The translations under genes and the position numbers were made by a program. A model generated the notes under the pieces. It was not told the origin of the DNA. It did no database searches and saw nothing but the letters and a program-made list of their open reading frames with translations. From Candidatus Babeliales bacterium (GTDB lineage: Bacteria > Babelota > Babeliae > Babelales > JABCYS01), in assembly GCA_016929235.1 (NCBI GenBank), contig JAFGJD010000004.1, positions 1 to 64,000 on the forward strand: a stretch of DNA of 64,000 nt, written 5' to 3'. Shown here piece by piece: positions 17,938 to 28,621 of the stretch (position 1 is its first letter; the number at the start of each line of letters is the position of its first letter).

Positions 17938-18494
17938 AAATAAAAACACTCATGATCATCATGGTGTGTGCAGGCGTAGCTGGTATGGTATATTACGGGC
18001 TGATGCAACAATGGATCATTGTGCGCCTTCCACAAAAAACGGCAACTTTTCGAAATGATGCACAAATTGCAATCAAAAAAAATAAAGTTTCCCTGTGGTA
18101 TTATAAAAAAAATGGGTGGCATTCTGAAACCACAACTATTATCTGGCCCGAGAATATCCAGCGCTCACTAAAACATTTGTTGGATACCTGGTTTACATTC
18201 ATGGATGAAGAAGGTCTTATGAAGAAAAAGGCCTCAGTTCAATCTGTGGTTATCTCTCATACTCAGCAGGAAGCATATATCTCTTTAGATCGCTCTCCAT
18301 TTGATGATCAAGCATCAGTACATACGAAATGGATATGGATTGAAACACTGCTTAAAACTATTCGAGAAAATGGCTTTACCTTCACATCAATCCGTCTCTT
18401 GGTACATCATCAACCTCTCAAAGATTATCATCTAGATTTCTCAAAACCATGGCCTCTATCAGGATTTCTGCAAGAACAAACTATGACTTCATAA
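17934..18494 (+). CDS. Membrane-anchored GerMN-like domain protein
   Basis: N-terminal TM, then AYISLD...IETLLKTI...IRLLVHHQPL...HLDFSKP, resembling GerMN. Coupled to the amidase by an ATGA overlap. Confidence 0.55.
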   Translation: MKIKTLMIIMVCAGVAGMVYYGLMQQWIIVRLPQKTATFRNDAQIAIKKNKVSLWYYKKNGWHSETTTIIWPENIQRSLKHLLDTWFTFMDEEGLMKKKASVQSVVISHTQQEAYISLDRSPFDDQASVHTKWIWIETLLKTIRENGFTFTSIRLLVHHQPLKDYHLDFSKPWPLSGFLQEQTMTS

Positions 18495-18581
18495 AAAGAC
18501 TCTTGATCTTTAGCGGGATGTTTTCTCAGACTAAGATTTTATAAAGAGGAAAGGTATACGTGAATACAAAGGAGAAATAAG

Positions 18582-18788
18582 ATGATCCAAAACTTTTTCA
18601 GCAAAATGAGCCCGACCAACCAGGGCAACATGATGATTGCAGCAGGGGCAGTACTCCTGCTTTATGCTCTCGATCTTATAAGGGGACTCAATATCATTAT
18701 CGTGTTAGTAGCAGCTGGCATGATCTGGTATGGCATCACCATGGCTGGGTATGACAAAAAAATCCAACGCCTTATCAGTCGATCATAA
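18582..18788 (+). CDS. Small two-TM membrane protein
   Basis: RBS aaggag, 68 aa with two hydrophobic helices, followed by a terminator. Confidence 0.7.
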   Translation: MIQNFFSKMSPTNQGNMMIAAGAVLLLYALDLIRGLNIIIVLVAAGMIWYGITMAGYDKKIQRLISRS

Positions 18789-18806
18789 ACAAACCTATGT
18801 AAGGGA

Positions 18807-18838
18807 TTGGGGAGGAGTTCCTCCCCAACTTTATTTTT
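18807..18838 (+). terminator. Rho-independent terminator between convergent genes
   Basis: ttggggagg-agtt-cctccccaa followed by ctttattttt. Confidence 0.8.
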
Positions 18839-21800
18839 AGTAGATTTTCTTGATAAGATTGAAGACAGGCATAAGCGGAATACCTTCTGCTCTGAATGCC
18901 CTGGTAATTCCAAAGCGAACATCACTTGCTATATCATAACGATTTAAAACATTATCCGTACTATGGAAACCTCGTATCATAAAGACAAACCCGTCTGCAC
19001 CGAAAGAGTCAAGGCGCACAATTGGACGAGGATTTTTAAGAATATCAACATTTAGATCGAGTACACGGAAGATCAATATTTTGACGTGATCAGGATCAAT
19101 ATCATATGGAACAGCAATTAGAATGTCGTCAAATGCACTAAACCCACGAGAGTAGTTCCAGTTCCTAATCTCGCCCTTTACTACTTGTGAATTAGGAACA
19201 AGCACTGTAACACTATTTTTACTACGGAGAATCACCGATCGAGGCGTAATCTTCCTAATGATTCCTTGAGTTGTTGGATTCAAGTTTACAAAATCACCAA
19301 TCTTGAATGGTCGTTGCACAAGAATAATAAAGTATGATACAAAATCGTTAGCATAATCTTTCATAGACCATGCTAAACCGAAGAATAACGTTGCAAACGC
19401 ATACGCAACGATACTACCTAGTCCAACACGTTGGAAACCAAGGAGCATCACCAACAACACAATAAAATAGTGTGAAATAGTAGAAAGAGTGTACTGCACG
19501 CCCGGTTCAACCATTAAGAGCGTAAATGTTCGCTTTAAAACAAAACGGTTAAAAAGATATGAGACAATAAAACTTGAAAAAATAAATACCAAGACTTCCA
19601 TAAAAGAAAGAATGGTAATATCACGCCGCATCGTTGTACCTTCATGCACAACAAATACTGATGTTTGCAGCCACTGATAGAGGTCTTGGAACGTAAAGGC
19701 ATATCCCCATGCACGAGCACCAAGCATAAGCAGGAGCAGTCCAAAGCCGATAAACGTTAAAATAATGAATAGGCCATACGCAGATTTTGAATACGCAAAC
19801 CGTTCCCGCAGAATCTCACCTTCCCTGATAAAAAAGAGACGAGAAGAGACATCACGAACATAAAAATGTAACCAAAGCAAAAAACGCATAAGAATTGCGG
19901 TCGCAATGATTCCCCACAATACATATGATATATAACTTCCATAGCCAATATGTGGCTCACTCAAAATAATCAGCGCAACGAGAATGCCATAGATCGCATA
20001 ATAATTATCCTCCACCTGCCTTCTAAGCCATAGCCAGACTTTATGCGTTGTTGGAATCAGCTCTAAAATATCCTCTTTGGATACTAAAGATATTAAGACC
20101 AAGCGAATGATAATTGAGTAGACTGCAAGCAAAATAGTAGGAAGTTCTGATTTGTTGTACGTGAGCAGCATGAATGCTTCTCGAAAGAAAAAAATCCCAA
20201 TGGACGAATAGAATACAATGGATGCAAGCTGTCGCACTTTTTGATGCACAGTTTCACTCAAAAATTGATATTCTTGTTCACGATCAAATTGAGTAAAATA
20301 CTGCAATAGTTTTGACGTAAGGAACATCAAATAGGGAATAGATCCGAGATAAAAAAGTACCTTAATAAATGTGTCCTGAATAGTATCAGCACGCAGCAAA
20401 AAATAGATTATACCCCACACAAAAATACCAATAAAATTCCGATCAAAAAAATCAAGCAACATGATGCCTATGCGACTGCCAATAAACCATAATCCTGTAC
20501 CACGAGATACCAATGACGCATAGGAACGTAGTCGCGGAATGCCCCACCGTAAACCTACATATATCAGGCCAATCAACATTAAACGCATGAGTAAAATAAA
20601 GAGATGAAAATACCCGAATGCGCGCATACGTTTTGCAAAATTAGTAATCGTTAAACTCTGCGCAAAGACCCCTGTGTATCTAACAAAATTGCTTTTAAAG
20701 ACTGTTAAATCAGGGAGAATATTTTTCACACCTTCCCATGAAATTGCGTGTGCTGGTCTCATGCGAAGCGATTTCAGCTCATTCACAATAATAGAAATTT
20801 GTCTTTGAATAATATCACATGTTCCCAAGATCGATGAATAGACCTCAAGCAACTTGCCACTGACCTCGGTATGTTCGCGTATAAATCCTTGTGCTTCATC
20901 AATCAAAGCTTTTGCTTTGTTATAATCGCTCTTTGACTTTTTAAATAAGGATGCCGTATTTAACGACACTTCAAGCTGTGATAGAATCTCCAAATCTTTA
21001 TTACGTGTATTGAGTGCATTGGTTACACCATCACGCTTTTCGGATACTTGTGCCTGTTCACGCTTAAAGCGCGCATCAAGTTTTTGGAACGCTTTTAGAT
21101 CCTGGTCAACTTCTTCATCAGATCGAAACAACCGCATAGTAATCTTGTTCCAAGCATCAACAACCCCGATCAAAGTCTCAGCACGCTGCCGCTTTATGTC
21201 TTCAAACTGCACATGAGCATCAATCAGTTCTATTTTTTTACCAAGCAGTACCACGCGCTCCTGATTCCCAAGCAACTTGTAGAGGGTAAGCGATTCTTCG
21301 ATAGTTTTAGGATCAATAACCAGATTCCGTATACCTGTTGCACCACTGAGAGATACACCCAGATCCGCAGCCTGTGTACGCACAATCTCTTTGACCCTTT
21401 CCTGCTCTGCTACGAGCGATTCCCGCTCTCGCATATAATCTTCTTTGGCGACTTCGTATTTGTGTCTTGTCTCCTCATACTCAGTGCGCACATCACGCAC
21501 ATCAGTATCTTCGACACGCAATACACGACGCACCATGGCGCGTTCATCGTCAAAAAATTTACGCTTTTCCTGTTCAACAGATCTCTTAATAGCAATAAGT
21601 ACCTTTTTGCGCTGTACCTCTTGCATGCGCTTATCAACAAGTTCGCGCTGGTCCTTCAAAAGTGCCAACCCTGCATCAATTAATTCACCTTGCTGCTTAA
21701 TATTAAGACCATCACTTTTTTCGCCGGATTGTTGGACCAACTCTTCACGCAAACGCTGCTTATCGGTCAGGGCTGCCTGATATTCATCTTTTTTGTGTCG

Positions 21801-22400
21801 CAAACTTTCTAGCTGTAGATCAAGGCCATGCGAGCTATCATCTAGCTTGCGAATTGTTTCTTCCGTATCAACGAGCTGATCATAGATGTTTTGTAGATGT
21901 TCAAATGAATAAACACTTTTCACGCCTACAGACAATGATTCAAAAGCTGGATCCTTAAGATAATCTTCGAGCAATTTGATTTGCTCTTCCAACTGCGCTA
22001 GCACCTCTTTATGAGTAGTCTTGATATCAACAAGAACTTTTTTATGTTCACGCAAAATCGATTGTTGTTTTTGTAAAAATATGGGATCAACATCTACCGC
22101 TTTTTTAAGCGATTGATCGACTGCATCAAGCTGCTTATCTAATGCTTTAATTTTTTCATCAAGATCATTTTGTAGTATTGATACAGAATCTTTCGTTTTT
22201 TCGTATTCTTTTTTCAAATCTTCAAGAGAACGCTGTTTCCCCTCCAGCGATCCAAATGTCAAATAGATTTGCTGATCTCCATCTGACTTTCCCTTTAAAA
22301 ACCCTGCTGACTCAAGGATTCCCTTGGCTAAATTACCAGCATCACATTGATATACTTGTGTAAAAAGCATGAGTGAGACTACGATCGCTTTAATCTTCAC
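18837..22400 (-). CDS. Large MscS-family mechanosensitive channel (MscK/MscM-like architecture)
   Basis: Signal peptide, ~530-aa coiled-coil periplasmic region, many TMs, and a C-terminal MscS core (QRPFKIGDFV, VPNSQV, NWNYS). Confidence 0.9.
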   Translation of the reverse strand: MKIKAIVVSLMLFTQVYQCDAGNLAKGILESAGFLKGKSDGDQQIYLTFGSLEGKQRSLEDLKKEYEKTKDSVSILQNDLDEKIKALDKQLDAVDQSLKKAVDVDPIFLQKQQSILREHKKVLVDIKTTHKEVLAQLEEQIKLLEDYLKDPAFESLSVGVKSVYSFEHLQNIYDQLVDTEETIRKLDDSSHGLDLQLESLRHKKDEYQAALTDKQRLREELVQQSGEKSDGLNIKQQGELIDAGLALLKDQRELVDKRMQEVQRKKVLIAIKRSVEQEKRKFFDDERAMVRRVLRVEDTDVRDVRTEYEETRHKYEVAKEDYMRERESLVAEQERVKEIVRTQAADLGVSLSGATGIRNLVIDPKTIEESLTLYKLLGNQERVVLLGKKIELIDAHVQFEDIKRQRAETLIGVVDAWNKITMRLFRSDEEVDQDLKAFQKLDARFKREQAQVSEKRDGVTNALNTRNKDLEILSQLEVSLNTASLFKKSKSDYNKAKALIDEAQGFIREHTEVSGKLLEVYSSILGTCDIIQRQISIIVNELKSLRMRPAHAISWEGVKNILPDLTVFKSNFVRYTGVFAQSLTITNFAKRMRAFGYFHLFILLMRLMLIGLIYVGLRWGIPRLRSYASLVSRGTGLWFIGSRIGIMLLDFFDRNFIGIFVWGIIYFLLRADTIQDTFIKVLFYLGSIPYLMFLTSKLLQYFTQFDREQEYQFLSETVHQKVRQLASIVFYSSIGIFFFREAFMLLTYNKSELPTILLAVYSIIIRLVLISLVSKEDILELIPTTHKVWLWLRRQVEDNYYAIYGILVALIILSEPHIGYGSYISYVLWGIIATAILMRFLLWLHFYVRDVSSRLFFIREGEILRERFAYSKSAYGLFIILTFIGFGLLLLMLGARAWGYAFTFQDLYQWLQTSVFVVHEGTTMRRDITILSFMEVLVFIFSSFIVSYLFNRFVLKRTFTLLMVEPGVQYTLSTISHYFIVLLVMLLGFQRVGLGSIVAYAFATLFFGLAWSMKDYANDFVSYFIILVQRPFKIGDFVNLNPTTQGIIRKITPRSVILRSKNSVTVLVPNSQVVKGEIRNWNYSRGFSAFDDILIAVPYDIDPDHVKILIFRVLDLNVDILKNPRPIVRLDSFGADGFVFMIRGFHSTDNVLNRYDIASDVRFGITRAFRAEGIPLMPVFNLIKKIY

Positions 22401-22996
22401 AAAAAGTCTCCATAGATATGACGCACAGCACGCGTCGTCTTAAGTTTCGAAGCTTCAGGATGCATTTCAAGACATTGTGCAAGAAACCTATCCAGAGAAT
22501 GCATCGCTTTTAAATCTATTCCTGTGCTTCCAGAAACGTCAATAGGTTCATGTTCTAATAAATTAAAAATTTGCGCTTCAAGCATCCCTTCAGGATGAAC
22601 ACCAATAACAATAAAAAATCTTGCGATAATACTTTTCTTCAAAAAATCAGTAAATGGATGATGCTGTTCTTGATACAATGCAAGAAACAAGTCATAAACC
22701 CCCCGCATAACAACGCCACACAACACACCATAATAGACCAACTCTATCAAGTGGTGCAGAAATGCAATGTCCTGCCGAGCCCACGAAAATGGTATATCGA
22801 TAATGTTTACCGACCCTATTCTAATATTTCTGCGATTTTCATCAAAAACATACTGCAATAAAGCTCCATGAAAAACACGTCTGAATGCTCTATGATCCTC
22901 CAAAAGGACCTCTAAAACTCCACGATCCTGATCAAGCACTCTGATAACATATCGCTTCGGATAATAATTTTTGAGCACAATACCCTGCGATTTCAC
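22397..22996 (-). CDS. RecO-like DNA repair protein (divergent)
   Basis: N-terminal MKSQGIVLK...VIRVLDQDRGVLEV resembles the RecO OB fold, followed by a helical region. No Zn finger. Confidence 0.5.
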   Translation of the reverse strand: MKSQGIVLKNYYPKRYVIRVLDQDRGVLEVLLEDHRAFRRVFHGALLQYVFDENRRNIRIGSVNIIDIPFSWARQDIAFLHHLIELVYYGVLCGVVMRGVYDLFLALYQEQHHPFTDFLKKSIIARFFIVIGVHPEGMLEAQIFNLLEHEPIDVSGSTGIDLKAMHSLDRFLAQCLEMHPEASKLKTTRAVRHIYGDFL

Positions 22997-23142
22997 AACA
23001 CCACACTGCTAAGTAGACAAAATACTAAAAAATAACTTGTGCACCGTATATTATAACATACTTTCTCGCAATATCATTGCATACCAAAGATTACATATGG
23101 TAATTTAATAGAAATATGAAACACCAGAGAGGGAGAGTAGTC

Positions 23143-23754
23143 ATGAAGGTTAATCATATCGCAGTCATTGCACTTGTCATTGCTGTCATAGCAGTACAAA
23201 GTTATGCAGATAAAAATGGTCAAATGGTAACAACATCATTGCAGACCACTGGCACCCCAAAAACCAATATGGTCAAAGAGCCAGAAGCCGCTATGCCTCA
23301 GAAAACAATGCCTGCAACTGATCTTAAAACGGCTCAATCACCTATGTCACCATTAGCTATACCTGAAGCTCCACCTATGGAGGAAATTAAACCAGCCGAA
23401 ACAGAACCAATGCCATCAATGCCTATCATAGACTCACCAGAGGATAGACCTGAACCTCGAATCGCAGATGCTTCATCCCAGTTCATGGACCGACTTGATG
23501 CTATTGAGCAACGCCTTATGATGATCTGGAAAGCGCTCCAAAAATATATGTCTGGTACGATGGATACAATAACTCCAACCCAGGAAATGACGCCACCAAC
23601 ACCAACTGATTTGTCACCATCATCAAGCATCGCCCCCGACGAGGAAGAAGAAGCCTTCACTGAAGAAGATGTAGCCGACTTTGGTGGCACAGAAGACACA
23701 TCTGAGGAAGCAGTAGCTGATGAGGCAACTGTCGATCTTAATAAACTGTTGTAA
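23143..23754 (+). CDS. Secreted Pro/Thr/Met-rich, acidic low-complexity protein
   Basis: RBS ggag and signal peptide VIALVIAVIAVQSYA. Disordered composition with one central amphipathic helix. Confidence 0.75.
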   Translation: MKVNHIAVIALVIAVIAVQSYADKNGQMVTTSLQTTGTPKTNMVKEPEAAMPQKTMPATDLKTAQSPMSPLAIPEAPPMEEIKPAETEPMPSMPIIDSPEDRPEPRIADASSQFMDRLDAIEQRLMMIWKALQKYMSGTMDTITPTQEMTPPTPTDLSPSSSIAPDEEEEAFTEEDVADFGGTEDTSEEAVADEATVDLNKLL

Positions 23755-23773
23755 ACGAACCAGTACACAACAT

Positions 23774-25894
23774 TTATCTTGCCAAGGAAGTCTCTTGTTT
23801 TAAGGGACTTCTTTTATTTGAATGAAGCCCCATGTCAGCTAAAAAGGCTTCTTGATTAGGATCTCTACCTAAGAACCTTACAAGCAACTCATTAGGATCC
23901 ACACTACCTCCTGGCTGAAGAATCTCTTCACGATACTTTTTTCCTATAGCTGGATTAAGTAGGCCATGTTCACGAATAACCGAGAAAATATCCAATGCAA
24001 AAACCTTGGACCACATATAGCCATAATATTTAGGGCCATAGTTTCCCGAGCTCAAATGACCAAATGATGCCTGAAAATGAGCATTAGGCTCAAAATAATT
24101 ATGCGCGAAGAAAATGTTATGTAAGGTCCGCGTTATGAGATCAGTATCTTTATTATTCCCCGCTTTGAAATACTCAAGAGATAATTTGGCGAAAAACATC
24201 TGACGAATGACTTGGTATCCCCGTGTTAGGTTTTTAAGCTCAATCATGGTATTCAGAAGCCTATCAGGCAGAGGTTCCCCTGTTTCATAATGGCGACTCA
24301 CCTTCTTGAGCATTCCCAGGTCCCACATCCATTCCTCAAATAACTGTGAAGGGAGCTCAACAAAGTCATCCTTCACATTCGTGCCAGAAAACGATGCTAA
24401 TTGTGGACTACCACATAGATGATGAATAGCATGACCAAACTCGTGGAAAAACGTCGTCACATCGCTATGCTTCAATAAGGAAGGCCTTGTTGCCGTCGCA
24501 CGAGGAAAGTTAGCAACTACTACGCTTACAGAAGGAAATCGTGTTCCGTCGGACAATGTTATCGTGTCCACAATATCAAACATTGCGGCATGCCCATACT
24601 TGTTATCTCGTGGATATAAATCCAACACAATATAACCAAGCGTCATACCACTCACGGCATCGCATGCCTCAAGAACAACCACATCATCATGCCATACACC
24701 AACATGCTGATGTTCTTTGAACTGTATTCCTAAAAAAGTTTCATAAATAGAAAGCATACCCTTCAAGGTATAATCGGTAGGGAAGTACTCAGATACAATA
24801 CGATCATCGAGAGCATACTCTGATTCTTTATACTGATTCATGACATAGCTCAAATCCCATGGCTTCAATTTACCATCGTCTGTAAGAGCAACTCCATCGG
24901 GAAGATGATTTATAAGCATCTCATGCTCTTGATCAGCCTTCGTACGCACTTTTTCAACCAGCTCACTAATAAATCTTTCTGCACGTGAAACTGTTTTTAC
25001 CATTTGATGTTCGAACGCATAGTCTGCATAACTAGCAAATCCAAGCAGACGCGCTTTTTCATCACGTTGCGCAATAAGATCATGAAGCACTGACATATTT
25101 TCAGGATATGCCTTTTGATTAAATGCAAGATATAACTTTCTGCGTGTTTCACCGATTGAGCAATGATCCATTATCATAAAATATGTGGGATAATCTGTGC
25201 CAAGAATATAGTTTCCCTGTTCATCTCTCTTGAGCGATGCAATAAAGTCATCATCTATACCTGCTAATTCTTCACGTTGTACACTGACTTCTCGTTTTCC
25301 CTCATTGATATTTTTCTGGAATAAAAGACTGATCGCACTGAGATCTTTGCTAATTCGCACAACTTCTGCTCGTTCTTGCTGGGGAAGATTGAGACCCTGT
25401 GATTGAAATCCCTTCATAATTTCTTGTAAGAAGTAGCGCTGCTCCGATGAAAGCTGTTCAGTAATTGCATTACCTTCAATATAAGCTTTAAACGCGCAAA
25501 AGAGCTCGTAATTGGTACTAAACAAATCGATACCACATTGATCGAGTTTCTCTATTTCCTGATGCGCCGCAGTGCGAAGATCTACATCAGGGCTAACCTC
25601 TTGAATCATATAAATACGGTGGGCAGAACATGAAAAGGCGGCTACTATTCTATCGTAGGTAAGCGCAGTATTTTCAAATGTTCGTTCGGAAGCATCATGG
25701 GCAATCAATGACGCAATACCCTTCTGCGCTGTCTCTTGTGCCGTATGAGAAATTTGTTGTATTTCGATAACTGTCTTTGGAAATAGGTCAACAACATCCA
25801 TCAAAGAAGTAATCTGTTTCATACCACTCATATCCTTACAATAAGATAAAAGGCTAAATCCCAACAACCATACCACCATCCACCATCGTTTCAC
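23774..25894 (-). CDS. M3 family (thimet oligopeptidase-like) zinc metallopeptidase with signal peptide
   Basis: FFHEFGHAIH, DFVELPSQLFEEW, FGHL..YYGYMWSKVFALD. Confidence 0.95.
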   Translation of the reverse strand: MKRWWMVVWLLGFSLLSYCKDMSGMKQITSLMDVVDLFPKTVIEIQQISHTAQETAQKGIASLIAHDASERTFENTALTYDRIVAAFSCSAHRIYMIQEVSPDVDLRTAAHQEIEKLDQCGIDLFSTNYELFCAFKAYIEGNAITEQLSSEQRYFLQEIMKGFQSQGLNLPQQERAEVVRISKDLSAISLLFQKNINEGKREVSVQREELAGIDDDFIASLKRDEQGNYILGTDYPTYFMIMDHCSIGETRRKLYLAFNQKAYPENMSVLHDLIAQRDEKARLLGFASYADYAFEHQMVKTVSRAERFISELVEKVRTKADQEHEMLINHLPDGVALTDDGKLKPWDLSYVMNQYKESEYALDDRIVSEYFPTDYTLKGMLSIYETFLGIQFKEHQHVGVWHDDVVVLEACDAVSGMTLGYIVLDLYPRDNKYGHAAMFDIVDTITLSDGTRFPSVSVVVANFPRATATRPSLLKHSDVTTFFHEFGHAIHHLCGSPQLASFSGTNVKDDFVELPSQLFEEWMWDLGMLKKVSRHYETGEPLPDRLLNTMIELKNLTRGYQVIRQMFFAKLSLEYFKAGNNKDTDLITRTLHNIFFAHNYFEPNAHFQASFGHLSSGNYGPKYYGYMWSKVFALDIFSVIREHGLLNPAIGKKYREEILQPGGSVDPNELLVRFLGRDPNQEAFLADMGLHSNKRSPLKQETSLAR

Positions 25895-25930
25895 GACATT
25901 CCCTTTCCTTTGTAATGAACGATGACACTA

Positions 25931-27898
25931 TCACGATCGTATCTGTTTTTGAAGCTCCAACCACTGTTCGCGTAATGCAATAGCTTTTTCAAACTGCAGC
26001 GCCTCTGCAGCCTCCCTCATTGTAACTTCAAGTCGAACCAATTCCTTGTGTGTATCCTCTAGGGACATAATTATCTTTTTCTTTTTGTTACGAGCCGATG
26101 CTTGTGCAATAGCCTGCTGTAACGGAGTAATTGTCTTGGTTACAGAACGGCTTACACTGACCGGCGTAATACCATGTTTTTCGTTATGCTCCTGCTGTAA
26201 CGTACGGCGTCGCTCAGTTTCTTTGATTGCTTCACGCATCGATTTCGTTACACGATCTGTATACATCAAGACTCGAGATTCCGTATTTCTGGCAGCACGG
26301 CCAATGATCTGAATCAGAGACCGCTTATCGCGCAAGAAACTTTCTACGTCTGCATCCATGATTGCAACTAATGCTACTTCTGGAAGATCAAGTCCTTCAC
26401 GCAGTAGGTTCACGCCAACCAAACAATCAAAAATTCCCAGCCGTAGCTTCTGAAGAAGTTCAGTGCGTTTTGGTGTTTTGAGATCACTGTGCAAATAGCA
26501 GACTTTTAATTTCTCTTCCTCAAGATAGCGCGCAAGATGCTCTGCCATCTTTTTGGTAAGTACGATTACCAACGACCGATATCCATTTTTTGCTGTCTCG
26601 CGAATCTGTTCAACCAAATGCTTAATCTGATCCACACGCGAGTGCAACTCAAGTTTTGGATCAACCAACCCTGTTGGTCGGATGATCTGCTCAACAACTG
26701 TATCCGACGTTCTTAATTCATAATCACCCGGTGTTGCAGATACAAACATCACATCTTTAAAATACGTTTCGATCTCTTCAAATTTTAACGGACGATTATC
26801 ATACGCAGAAGGAAGCCTGAATCCAAAATCAATCAGTGCTTTTTTACGTGAACGATCGCCTGCATACATACCGCGCAATTGTGGTAATGAAATATGAGAT
26901 TCGTCTACCACGAGTAAAAAATCTTCACCAAAAAAATCGAGCAAACAATACGGAGGTTCCCCGGCAGCACGCCCTTCAAAATGAGCTGTATAGTTTTCTA
27001 TGCCAGAGCAATAGCCAACTTCCTCGAGCATCTCGATATCATGCGAAACACGCTGCTTAAGCCGGTCTTGATAAACAGGATTAGTTATGGTCGGCAAAAC
27101 CGTTTTGAGTTCTTGTTTGATACTTGCAACCGCAGCATCTTTTTTCGCTTGCGTTGTTACAAAATGTTTAGCCGGAAAGATCACTGTATCTTGAAGATTC
27201 ATACATACTTCATTAGTATCGCGATGCACCCATTGCAATGATTCAACAGTCTCACCAAACAGCTCGATGCGGAGTTTCTCTTTTTGATAAGGCAAAACTA
27301 CTTCGATCGTATTCCCTAGAACTTGGAAGGTTCCAGAAATTCGCTCAAATTCATTGCGCTGATACTGTATAAAAATTAGCTTATGAATAAGGTCGTGGCG
27401 TTTGATTGTGTCGCCTACTTTGATGGGAAAAGCCAGGGTTTTGTAGTCACTGGGATTACCAAGCGAGTAGATACACGATACCGAAGCAATCACAATCGTA
27501 TCCCGTCGATTCACTAGTGAAGCTGTCGCTTCGACACGAAGTCGCTCTATCTCTGCATTGACCTTTGTTTCTTTGGGGATATAAATATCTTGCGCTGGAA
27601 GGTATGACTCAGGCTGATAATAGTCATAATAGCTCACAAAATAACAAACCTTATTTTCCGGGAAAAAGAGCGAGAACTCCTCATATAGCTGGGCAGCCAG
27701 TGTTTTGTTTGGGGCCAATACGAGCACAGATTTGTCTTGTTGCGCAATCACATTGGCAACCGTAAATGTCTTACCCGAACCAGTCACACCGATTAAGGTA
27801 GATTTTCCTGGTCGATGCGCAGCAAGCCGCTTGATTGCCTCTGGCTGACTACCCGCAGGCGGAAATGGATTATGGAGCTTGAATAACGGTTTCTTCAT
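25931..27898 (-). CDS. uvrB: Excinuclease ABC subunit B
   Basis: GVTGSGKTFT, FVSYYDYYQPESY, VDESH, GFRLPSAYDNRPL, NLLREGLDLPEV, GRAARN, C-terminal UVR domain. Confidence 0.98.
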   Translation of the reverse strand: MKKPLFKLHNPFPPAGSQPEAIKRLAAHRPGKSTLIGVTGSGKTFTVANVIAQQDKSVLVLAPNKTLAAQLYEEFSLFFPENKVCYFVSYYDYYQPESYLPAQDIYIPKETKVNAEIERLRVEATASLVNRRDTIVIASVSCIYSLGNPSDYKTLAFPIKVGDTIKRHDLIHKLIFIQYQRNEFERISGTFQVLGNTIEVVLPYQKEKLRIELFGETVESLQWVHRDTNEVCMNLQDTVIFPAKHFVTTQAKKDAAVASIKQELKTVLPTITNPVYQDRLKQRVSHDIEMLEEVGYCSGIENYTAHFEGRAAGEPPYCLLDFFGEDFLLVVDESHISLPQLRGMYAGDRSRKKALIDFGFRLPSAYDNRPLKFEEIETYFKDVMFVSATPGDYELRTSDTVVEQIIRPTGLVDPKLELHSRVDQIKHLVEQIRETAKNGYRSLVIVLTKKMAEHLARYLEEEKLKVCYLHSDLKTPKRTELLQKLRLGIFDCLVGVNLLREGLDLPEVALVAIMDADVESFLRDKRSLIQIIGRAARNTESRVLMYTDRVTKSMREAIKETERRRTLQQEHNEKHGITPVSVSRSVTKTITPLQQAIAQASARNKKKKIIMSLEDTHKELVRLEVTMREAAEALQFEKAIALREQWLELQKQIRS

Positions 27899-27942
27899 TC
27901 CCTGAGTATAACACGCAGCACGCGTTCTGTAATCACACTCAA

Positions 27943-28602
27943 TTATGGAAATTGCTTAATTCCAAGCTGTTTCCAATCATGTATAAATCGCTTCATACCC
28001 TCGTCAGTCAATGGGTGATTGACTGCTTTTTCTAGAATCGACACTGGCACCGTCGCAGCATCTACACCAATCTCGATCACTTCATGCAGATGCTGAACCG
28101 AGCGAAGTGATGCAGCAAGCAATTCTGTCTCATTTCCATACATATCTAGCATAGACCTAAGCTGGCGAATGAGACCCATCCCATCAGTCTCTACATCCTC
28201 AAGTCGGCCAATAAATGGTGAAATATATCGCACTCCAAGCTTAGTCATAGCCAAACCCTGAAACAAGGTAAAAACCAGCGTAACGTTAACCTTCACACCT
28301 TCTTTAACTAGCCGCTCCATAATTGGATAATACTTGATATGACAGGGAATTTTAACCACAATATTGTTAGCAAGACGCGCAATCCGATGAGCCTGTTCGT
28401 AGATAGACGTCATGTCTTCCTCTGTAACCTCGACACTCACATCCCCATGAGGCAACAGTCCACTGATCACTTGGATGGTCTCTAATGGATCCGAGGTAGC
28501 TTTGCTCAATAGTGTAGGATTAGTCGTCACTCCATCAATGATACCTGTTGGTATCCAACGTTGAAGAGCACCAACGTCGGCGGTATCGAGAAATAATTTC
28601 AT
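27943..28602 (-). CDS. tal: Transaldolase (small FSA/TalC family)
   Basis: FLDTAD, GVTTNP, Schiff-base VVKIP. SVEV Glu plus SPFIGR Phe fit transaldolase rather than F6P aldolase. Confidence 0.9.
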   Translation of the reverse strand: MKLFLDTADVGALQRWIPTGIIDGVTTNPTLLSKATSDPLETIQVISGLLPHGDVSVEVTEEDMTSIYEQAHRIARLANNIVVKIPCHIKYYPIMERLVKEGVKVNVTLVFTLFQGLAMTKLGVRYISPFIGRLEDVETDGMGLIRQLRSMLDMYGNETELLAASLRSVQHLHEVIEIGVDAATVPVSILEKAVNHPLTDEGMKRFIHDWKQLGIKQFP

Positions 28603-28621
28603 ACTCTTCCTTTGGATAGTG

